A stretch of DNA of 64,000 nt, taken from assembly GCA_038139415.1 (NCBI GenBank), contig JAYOSV010000001.1, forward strand, positions 158,536 through 222,535, written 5' to 3'. The stretch is from Verrucomicrobiales bacterium. Its GTDB lineage: Bacteria; Verrucomicrobiota; Verrucomicrobiia; Limisphaerales; UBA1100. The translations under genes and the position numbers were made by a program. Positions within the stretch are counted from its first letter, which is position 1. The number at the start of each line of letters is the position of its first letter. Below are positions 56,880 through 64,000 of the stretch, piece by piece. The notes under the pieces were generated by a model. The model saw only the letters and a list, made by a program, of their open reading frames with translations. It was not told where the DNA came from and searched no databases.

Positions 56880-58049
56880 ATGCGATACGCCACCAACATT
56901 CTGGCCATCTGTGTAGCAAGCCTGTTGGCGTTGGGGATTGTGATGCTCTACAGCGCGGGTATGGCGCAAAGTGGCGCGCGCTTTCTCAGCATGCAATTAG
57001 TGTGGGGTGGGCTTGGGTTGATCGCCTGTTTCGCTGCCACGGTGATGGATTATCGGGCATTAAAAAAAATCGCCTTTCCGCTGTTTATATTCACGCTCAT
57101 CCTGCTGGCGCTCGTGCTAATTCCGGGGATCGGGCTCAAGCTCAATGGAGCCCGGCGATGGTTTGATTTAGGCCCAATGAATTTTCAGCCTTCGGAATTG
57201 GCTAAGATTACCCTGTTGATGGCGCTTGCGCTCTGGGGAGAACGCCATGTGGTCCGGATGCGGGAGTTCAAGTATGGCTTGGCAATTCCGGGTGCGGCCA
57301 TTGCGGTGACATTGGGCTTGATCTTTTGCGAGCCAGACTTTGGTACGACCATGTTGTTAGCGACGGTGTGTTGCATCCTCCTGTTTGTGGCGGGGGCCAA
57401 CTGGAAATATATAGTTCCGCCAATGCTCGCTGGGGCGGTTGCCATCACGTTGGCGATTATGAACGACCCGGTGCGCAGTAATCGAATCATGGCGTTTTTG
57501 CATCCGGAACAACACCGTGAAGGAACGGGGTTTCAGGCATACCAAGCCATGTTGGCCCTGGGGTCAGGCGGAACGACTGGATTGGGGTTGGGCAACGGCA
57601 GGCAGAAACTTGGGTTTGTGCCGGAGCATCACACTGACTTTATTTTCTCTGTGATCGGAGAGGAGCTCGGGGTGATCGCCAGTCTTGGGGTGGTGCTGGC
57701 GTTTATGGCGATCGTGGTGTGCGGGTTGTATATCGCATGGAATGCGCGGGACCGATTCGGTATGATTCTCGGCACGGGTATCACCTTTCTGATCGGATTG
57801 CAGGCGTTCATTAATATCGGGGTGGTAACCAGTGCTTTGCCGAACAAGGGATTGCCGCTGCCGTTCATTAGTTATGGCGGATCGAGTTTGGTAATGATGC
57901 TTGGGAGTGTGGGGATCCTGCTGAGTATTGCGAGCTACTCTCGCACGGACCCATCAGAAACCGACGCGCCGGTCTCGCCGGATGAAGCTGACTGGGGCGA
58001 CTCCGATTTAGTGCCTGAACAGCGGGAGCTGCTGCCGGATTCCACCTGA
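56880..58049 (+). CDS. ftsW: SEDS family glycosyltransferase FtsW
   Basis: GARRW, QPSE, PDFG, PE.HTDFIF...EE.G and LPFISYGGSS motifs. Confidence 0.94.
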   Translation: MRYATNILAICVASLLALGIVMLYSAGMAQSGARFLSMQLVWGGLGLIACFAATVMDYRALKKIAFPLFIFTLILLALVLIPGIGLKLNGARRWFDLGPMNFQPSELAKITLLMALALWGERHVVRMREFKYGLAIPGAAIAVTLGLIFCEPDFGTTMLLATVCCILLFVAGANWKYIVPPMLAGAVAITLAIMNDPVRSNRIMAFLHPEQHREGTGFQAYQAMLALGSGGTTGLGLGNGRQKLGFVPEHHTDFIFSVIGEELGVIASLGVVLAFMAIVVCGLYIAWNARDRFGMILGTGITFLIGLQAFINIGVVTSALPNKGLPLPFISYGGSSLVMMLGSVGILLSIASYSRTDPSETDAPVSPDEADWGDSDLVPEQRELLPDST

Positions 58050-58054
58050 CCCTG

Positions 58055-59134
58055 ATGGCTGCTTCCCAACCTCATGTGGCGATTGCCTGTGGTGGGACGG
58101 GAGGTCACTTCTTTCCCGGGGTGGCCGTTGCGCGCGCGTTACAGCAGGAAAACGTGCGCGTCACCCTCTGGGTTTCCAACAAGGCCATCGATCAAAAATC
58201 GGTGGCGACCGTGCCGGATTTAGCGTACGTAAGCACTCCGGCCGTGGCGTTGGAATGGCGGCGGCCGTGGCGTTTTCTTTTCGGACTGCGAACAGCTATG
58301 AGGCAGGTGCGCGTGGCTATGATGAACGACCGACCGGCGGCCGTGTTGGCCATGGGCGGTTTTACCTCCGCGGCGCCGATTTTGGTGGGGCGTAAAATGG
58401 GTGCGGCCACTTTTTTGCATGAATCCAATGCCGTGCCGGGCCGGGCTAATCGGCTGCTTTCGCGATGGGCCGATGAGGTGTTGGTGGGCATGGCTCCGGC
58501 CGCCGAACGCTTTGGCAAGAGTCGGGCGGTGTTAACCGGCACGCCCGTGCGGGACGAATTTCGTGGATTAGATCAACGCGCCTGCCGCGAGACGCTGGGC
58601 CTTCCGCCGGATCAACCGATGGTGCTGGTGATTGGCGGCAGTCAAGGCGCGCGTGGGGTAAACCGGCTGATCACGGCCGCGTCCTCTGATTGGCTTGGGG
58701 TTTCCCTCCTGCATATTTGCGGTGCCATGGATGAGGCTGAAGTGCGTGAGGCGTATGCCGGGACGGCCCTTGATGTGCAGGTGCATGCATTTCTGAAGGC
58801 CATGCCGCAGGCCTTAAGTGCGGCCACCGTGGCCGTGAGCAGGGCCGGTGCTTCCTCAATTGCGGAGCTGGCCGCCGCGCGCGTGCCCGCAGTGTTCATT
58901 CCACTGCCCAATTCTGCAGATGATCATCAACGAGCTAATGCGGCAGCGGTGGCCGCGGCGGGGGGCGGGCAGGTGTTGGAGCAACATGAAACTTCTCCCA
59001 GTGAACTGGGCGGCGTGGTGCAGGATTTGGTGGAGGACGATCAAGCTCGGACGAACATGGCTGATGGCATGGCGGCCTTGGATCGACCGGAATCGGCGGC
59101 GCAAATTGCTGATCGGATTCTGCGCCGATTGTGA
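58055..59134 (+). CDS. murG: Lipid II GlcNAc transferase
   Basis: GGTGGH, HESN..PG..N, GGSQGA and SRAGAS motifs. Confidence 0.96.
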   Translation: MAASQPHVAIACGGTGGHFFPGVAVARALQQENVRVTLWVSNKAIDQKSVATVPDLAYVSTPAVALEWRRPWRFLFGLRTAMRQVRVAMMNDRPAAVLAMGGFTSAAPILVGRKMGAATFLHESNAVPGRANRLLSRWADEVLVGMAPAAERFGKSRAVLTGTPVRDEFRGLDQRACRETLGLPPDQPMVLVIGGSQGARGVNRLITAASSDWLGVSLLHICGAMDEAEVREAYAGTALDVQVHAFLKAMPQALSAATVAVSRAGASSIAELAAARVPAVFIPLPNSADDHQRANAAAVAAAGGGQVLEQHETSPSELGGVVQDLVEDDQARTNMADGMAALDRPESAAQIADRILRRL

Positions 59135-59183
59135 AGAAAGCCGCATGGACAGGCCGTCGGTGGCGGCGTAGGAAAGGGTCTCT

Positions 59184-61508
59184 ATGAACCGTTTATCTCG
59201 CGAACAGGTGGAGCAATGGCTGGCGACTGCGCCGCCGAAAGCTTCGGTGTACCTCGTGGGTGCTGGCGGCTGCGGGATGAGCGGGCTGGCGCATTTGTTG
59301 TTGGATCTCGACTTGGCGGTTCAAGGCTCCGATCTGCGTGATCATGCCGGCTTGCGGTTGTTGCGCGAACGTGGGGCGGTGTTGCATGAAGGGCATGCCC
59401 CGGAACAGTTGCGCGCGGCCCAGCCAGACTTGGTGGTCTATAGCTCAGCCATTCGCATGGATAATCCGGAGCTGGCGTTGGCCCAGCAGCTGGGTATTCC
59501 ACTGGTGCGTCGGGCGGTGTTATTGGCAGCTCTGGCGCATCAACGCCGGGCGGTTTGTGTGGCGGGCATGCATGGGAAGACCACTACCACGGCGTTGCTG
59601 GCTTACGCGCTGGAACAATTGAAGGCTCCGGCCGGATTCGCGGTGGGGGCTGGCGTGCCGCAATTGGGGCGTTCGGCTCGCATGGGCGCTGACGCTTCGG
59701 CTTGGTTTTCGGTGGAGGCGGATGAAAGCGATGGGACCTTACGTGAGTTTCATCCCGAACAGGCCATCGTGCTCAATATCGATGAGGAGCACTTGGATTA
59801 TTTCGCCAACTTCCAGGCGGTGTGCGATGAGTTTATGACTTTTGCTGAACAGACCCATGAACGGCTCATTTTTTGTGCGGATGATGCGTGCCTGCTGGAG
59901 TTGTTTGGCGGACACTCGCGATCGGTTAGTTACGGGTTTAACCCGGCGGCCGATTACCGAGCCGAGGTGCGGGGAACAGGCCGGTTTACTGTGGAGTGTG
60001 CTGGTGAAGCGCTGGGGGAATTTTCGCTGAACTTGTTGGGAGAGAAAAATATTTCCAACGCGGTGGCGGTCGTGGCGTTTTTGCATGCCAACGGCTTTGA
60101 GACGGATGACATTCGCGAAGCGTTGAAGGGGTTTCAGGGAGCTGATCGAAGACAGCAGGAACTGTTTTGCGATGAACGATTCAGGATATTTGATGATTAC
60201 GGACATCATCCGGCGGAAATTGAGGCGACCTTGCGGGCGATCCGCGAGCAGTGTGCGGGCCGTTTATTAGTGGCGTTTCAGCCGCATCGTTATTCGCGTA
60301 CGCAACACTTGCTCAGTGAGTTTGCCTCTTGCTTTGGAGAGGCGGATTTGTTGTGGATCACCGAAGTGTACGGGGCCAGCGAGGAACCAATTGCAGATAT
60401 TCATGGACAGCGGCTGGTCGAGGCGATTGCGGCGACCGGGCAACCGGCCGCATTTGCAGCGACGTTGGGTTTGTTGCGAAGCAAAGTGCGGCAGGCGTTG
60501 AAGCCAGGGGATGTAGCAGTTTTTTTGGGCGCGGGCGATATCACGCAAGTGGCGCACGCATTGGCAGAGGATTTACACATGACAGGCACAACTCACGCAC
60601 AGGCATTGCGCGAATTGGTTAGCACCGATAGCGAGGTGCTGGAAAATGAGCCACTGGCCAAGCGCACAACGCTGGGGGTGGGGGGGGCAGCGGACGTCTT
60701 AGTCACGCCAGCCAATGAAACGGATTTGGCTGCAACGATGCGATATGCAGCGACCCATGAAGTGCCCGTGTTCCTACTCGGGCGGGGTTCGAACCTTGTG
60801 ATTCGCGAGGGAGGTATTCGAGGGATTGTAATTTGTTTGCGACATAAGGGGTTTGCGCAAATCGAGGTACGGGAAAATGTTTTGCATTGCGGAGCTGGGG
60901 CGCGCCTGAACCACATTGCCAATTCGGCGCGGGATGCTGGCCTAGCAGGGCTGGAGTTTCTGGAGGGCATTCCAGGCTGTCTGGGAGGTGCGCTGCGAAT
61001 GAACGCGGGGGCTTGGGGCGGAGAGACATTTGAGCAGGTGGAGTCGGTGCGGTTCATGACGCGTGATGGCCAGATCGAGGAACGGCCGGGATTTGAAATG
61101 GGTGCGGTGTATCGGAGTTGTCCTGTGTTAAGGGATCACATTGCCCTGAGCGCGGTGTTGCGCGGGGAATTGGAGGGCCGAGAAGAGGTTCGGGCGCGTA
61201 TGGATGCCTTTCGAAAACAACGGACTGAAAGCCAGCCGCACAATCGTAGTGCCGGTTGCATGTTTAAGAATCCTGAAACCTTGTCGGCGGGCAAATTGGT
61301 GGATGAATGTCGGCTCAAGGGCTTGCGTGTAGGCGGTGCGATGGTTTCCGAGCGCCATGGAAATTTTATCGTCAACGATGGTACCGCTACGGCAAATGAT
61401 GTGCTGACGCTGATCGAGCAAGTACAGGAGCGCGTGAAAACTGAACGCGGAATCGATCTCCACACCGAGGTGCAGGTGGTAGGGGAGCCTCTGCCGGAAA
61501 GCGAATAA
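59184..61508 (+). CDS. murC: Fused MurC (N-terminal) and MurB (C-terminal)
   Basis: MurC motifs GAGGCGMS, HGKTTT, EADESD, DYGHHP, FQPHRYSR; MurB motifs GRGSN, GIPG..GGA..MNAG, SAGC.FKNP, HGNFIVN; one open frame. Confidence 0.94.
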   Translation: MNRLSREQVEQWLATAPPKASVYLVGAGGCGMSGLAHLLLDLDLAVQGSDLRDHAGLRLLRERGAVLHEGHAPEQLRAAQPDLVVYSSAIRMDNPELALAQQLGIPLVRRAVLLAALAHQRRAVCVAGMHGKTTTTALLAYALEQLKAPAGFAVGAGVPQLGRSARMGADASAWFSVEADESDGTLREFHPEQAIVLNIDEEHLDYFANFQAVCDEFMTFAEQTHERLIFCADDACLLELFGGHSRSVSYGFNPAADYRAEVRGTGRFTVECAGEALGEFSLNLLGEKNISNAVAVVAFLHANGFETDDIREALKGFQGADRRQQELFCDERFRIFDDYGHHPAEIEATLRAIREQCAGRLLVAFQPHRYSRTQHLLSEFASCFGEADLLWITEVYGASEEPIADIHGQRLVEAIAATGQPAAFAATLGLLRSKVRQALKPGDVAVFLGAGDITQVAHALAEDLHMTGTTHAQALRELVSTDSEVLENEPLAKRTTLGVGGAADVLVTPANETDLAATMRYAATHEVPVFLLGRGSNLVIREGGIRGIVICLRHKGFAQIEVRENVLHCGAGARLNHIANSARDAGLAGLEFLEGIPGCLGGALRMNAGAWGGETFEQVESVRFMTRDGQIEERPGFEMGAVYRSCPVLRDHIALSAVLRGELEGREEVRARMDAFRKQRTESQPHNRSAGCMFKNPETLSAGKLVDECRLKGLRVGGAMVSERHGNFIVNDGTATANDVLTLIEQVQERVKTERGIDLHTEVQVVGEPLPESE

Positions 61509-61524
61509 TTTCCGCATATCAGGA

Positions 61525-62469
61525 TTGTCCTTAACCCCCATTTTTGTATACTCAGGCCTAGGAGGTTTGGTAAACCAGTTCCAAGTAACGGTTCTGCTTG
61601 GGGGCAGGAGCGCGGAGCGGGATGTCTCATTACGATCCGGCGCGGCTGTGGCACGTGCCTTGCGTGACCTTGGGCATGCGGTGAGTGAGGTGGATCCCGC
61701 CGGGGAATCATTGGGGTTACCGGCCAAAACAGAGGTGGTGTTCTTGGCGTTGCACGGCGAATATGGAGAGGATGGGCAGGTGCAGTCCCGGTTGGAAGCA
61801 CTGGGCGTGCCGTACACCGGCACGAATGCAGTAGGCAGTGCCTTGGCTTTTGATAAGGCGCGCAGCAAGGAAATCTTTGAGCAAAACCAAGTCGCTTCGC
61901 CGCGGGGAGTCCTGATTGATTCTCCAACTTCCACGCCCCCCGACACAATTCCCGCCCCTTGGATTCTCAAGCCGGCGACACAGGGATCCAGTGTGGGATT
62001 AAATCGGGTTGAGGACGAGGTTGGTTGGAATGTGGCTTTGGCGGATTCCCTTCGGCACGGTGGGGCGGTGTTGTGTGAGGAATGTATTCAAGGGCGCGAG
62101 TTGACGGTGGGCGTTTTGGATGGCGTCGCGTTGCCGGTGGTGGAGGTGCGCCCAAAGGTCGGTGGATATAATTACGAAAACAAATACACGCCCGGTGCCA
62201 CCGATTATTTTTGCCCAGCCGAATTGCCGAATGAGATTACCACGCAAGTGCAGGCATTGGGGCTACGCGCTTTTGAGGCTGTAGGGGCACGGGATTTTGG
62301 GCGTGTTGATGTCATGCTAAATGCGGAATCCGAGCCGTATGTTCTGGAGGTCAACACGCTGCCGGGTATGACCGAAACCAGTTTGCTGCCCAAAGCCGCC
62401 GCGGTGGCTGGTATGAATTTTAATGCGCTCTGTCAGCGCATGCTGGAGTTGGCGTTGCGCCGAAACTAG
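61525..62469 (+). CDS. ddl: D-alanine--D-alanine ligase (start uncertain)
   Basis: GG.SAER.VS, LHG..GEDG, GSSVG and EVNTLPG motifs. Confidence 0.95.
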   Translation: MSLTPIFVYSGLGGLVNQFQVTVLLGGRSAERDVSLRSGAAVARALRDLGHAVSEVDPAGESLGLPAKTEVVFLALHGEYGEDGQVQSRLEALGVPYTGTNAVGSALAFDKARSKEIFEQNQVASPRGVLIDSPTSTPPDTIPAPWILKPATQGSSVGLNRVEDEVGWNVALADSLRHGGAVLCEECIQGRELTVGVLDGVALPVVEVRPKVGGYNYENKYTPGATDYFCPAELPNEITTQVQALGLRAFEAVGARDFGRVDVMLNAESEPYVLEVNTLPGMTETSLLPKAAAVAGMNFNALCQRMLELALRRN

Positions 62470-62471
62470 AC

Positions 62472-63383
62472 ATGTGGGGAAAACGACGCCAAGGCAATCG
62501 AAGCGGGCATCAACGATACACGTTGTTGAACGTGGATTTGCCGGCTGAAAAAGTGCGCCAACAACGCCTGCGTTGGGCAGCGCGCACGGCCGGATTTGTG
62601 CTGGGCGCGGTGGCGTTGTTTGTGGGAGTGTGGCATGGGGGCGGTTATCTGCTGAAATCGGGGTTTTACCAGAACGATCATTTTTCTGTGCGCTCGGTAG
62701 ATATCCGCACCGACGGCGTCATTCAGTCCGGCCAGATTCAAGCGTGGGCGCGTGTGCAAAAGGGTGACAATTTATTCGGCCTGGATTTACAACGGGTGAA
62801 GCGCGATTTGGAAATGGTGCCTCTGATCGAAACCGCAGCAGTGGATCGTGTGTTACCCGAGACGTTGCGCCTGCGCATTACCGAACGACGACCGTTGGCT
62901 CAGGTGATTGGCTACAAACAGCAGGGGGATGGAAACCTGCGCCGAGTGCGTTATTGGATCGATGGCCATGGCGTGGTGATTCCACCAATTGATCCCAAGC
63001 TGACAACTACGGATGCTCCGCCGAAATGGATGCCGCTGATCGTGGGTCTGAGTCAGGCGGAGTTGATGCCCGGACGCGGAATTGATTCCCCGCAGCTTTC
63101 AGCAGCGCTGGAATTGATTCGGCAATTTGATCTGTCTCCAATGGCAGGGTTGGCGCATTTGCGACAAATCGATGTATCCCGCCGCGAGACAATGGAAGTG
63201 GTGACCTGGCAGGGTGGGCGCATGACACTCGCGTTGCACGGTCTGGGTCGACAGCTGAGTCGCTGGCGGCAGATTCATGATCTGGGCCGCCAACATCAAC
63301 GCGCCATCGCAACGGCTGATTTATCCATCAAAAACAATTTGCCCGTGAAATGGGCACTGGCCGGTCGCACGCGCATTGAGTAA
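62472..63383 (+). CDS. ftsQ: Cell division protein FtsQ/DivIB
   Basis: TM plus POTRA-like region (V.R..P..L.L.ITER.P); lies between ddl and ftsA. Confidence 0.85.
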   Translation: MWGKRRQGNRSGHQRYTLLNVDLPAEKVRQQRLRWAARTAGFVLGAVALFVGVWHGGGYLLKSGFYQNDHFSVRSVDIRTDGVIQSGQIQAWARVQKGDNLFGLDLQRVKRDLEMVPLIETAAVDRVLPETLRLRITERRPLAQVIGYKQQGDGNLRRVRYWIDGHGVVIPPIDPKLTTTDAPPKWMPLIVGLSQAELMPGRGIDSPQLSAALELIRQFDLSPMAGLAHLRQIDVSRRETMEVVTWQGGRMTLALHGLGRQLSRWRQIHDLGRQHQRAIATADLSIKNNLPVKWALAGRTRIE

Positions 63384-63386
63384 GCC

Positions 63387-64000
63387 ATGTTCGATCGCAC
63401 TGAAATCATCGTGGGCCTAGAGATTGGCACAGCCAAGGTCTGCGCGGTAGTCGGAGAATTAAGCGAGGACGAAGGGCTGCATGTGATTGGGCTGGGACAA
63501 TCGCCCTCAGTCGGAGCGGTTCGCAAAGGGGAAATTATCAACGCCGAAGTGGCCGAGGATGCCGTGCGCGCAGCCCTAAATGAAGCGGAGCAGCAATCGG
63601 ATATTGAAATCGGGAGTGTTTATCTCGGTGTGACCGGGGCACACATTAAAGGCTTTAACAACCGCGGGGCCCATCCGATTGCCTCGGTGGGGCGTGAGAT
63701 TGATGATGATGATGTCAGCCGTGTGGTGCGTGGCGCGCAGCCTCAATTGCCGCCGGATGAGGAGGTGTTGCACACCGTGCGCCAGCATTTTCGGGTCGAT
63801 GGTCAGGATGATGTGCAGCAGCCGGTGGGTCGTGTGGCCTCCAGGCTGGAGGTAGATGTGCATGTGGTTTGCGGCCAACGCACCCGGATTCAAAATCCGG
63901 TGCGGGTGGTGAAGGGGTTGGGCATTGATGTGGAGGATGTGGCCTTTAACGGTCGCGTAGCCGCCTTGCCAATCCTTACATCGCAACTGGGCGAACAAGG
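63387..64000 (+). CDS. ftsA: Cell division protein FtsA, runs off the window end
   Basis: Not in the ORF track. Manual translation: MFDRTEIIVGLEIGTAKVCAVVGE...VIGLG..PS....RKGEII. Confidence 0.92.
   Translation, partial: MFDRTEIIVGLEIGTAKVCAVVGELSEDEGLHVIGLGQSPSVGAVRKGEIINAEVAEDAVRAALNEAEQQSDIEIGSVYLGVTGAHIKGFNNRGAHPIASVGREIDDDDVSRVVRGAQPQLPPDEEVLHTVRQHFRVDGQDDVQQPVGRVASRLEVDVHVVCGQRTRIQNPVRVVKGLGIDVEDVAFNGRVAALPILTSQLGEQ

Overview
A 64-kb bacterial chromosomal window of about 60% GC, most likely from Verrucomicrobiota. This is an inference from the murC-murB fusion, the LysM gene between murD and ftsW, and the rplM-rpsI-argC synteny. Most of it is housekeeping: dgt, ispH, argJBDF, argC, rplM/rpsI, lpxD, panD, recN, tatD, sucCD, gltA, murI, queA and a dcw cluster running from mraZ to a partial ftsA. 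No rRNA, tRNA, CRISPR array or transposase was recognised. Highlights: (1) An unannotated 15-aa Arg-rich leader ORF (MTLKTKHKSVRRRSR) sits inside a long hairpin directly upstream of argJBDF and is a candidate arginine-sensing ribosome-mediated attenuator. (2) An ~18.5-kb accessory block between argC and argJ carries an uncharacterised envelope module: two large paralogous TPR proteins, ExbB, ExbD and a 1073-aa membrane-anchored protein with eight ~80-aa Ser/Ala repeats ending in a MIDAS vWA domain. This looks like a TonB/TolA-like motor output without a TonB-C domain. (3) argD contains a low-GC mosaic patch. (4) Dispersed Gfo/Idh/MocA, TIM-barrel and DUF1080 genes resemble an oxidative-eliminative glycoside pathway. 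(5) There are several structured intergenic elements.
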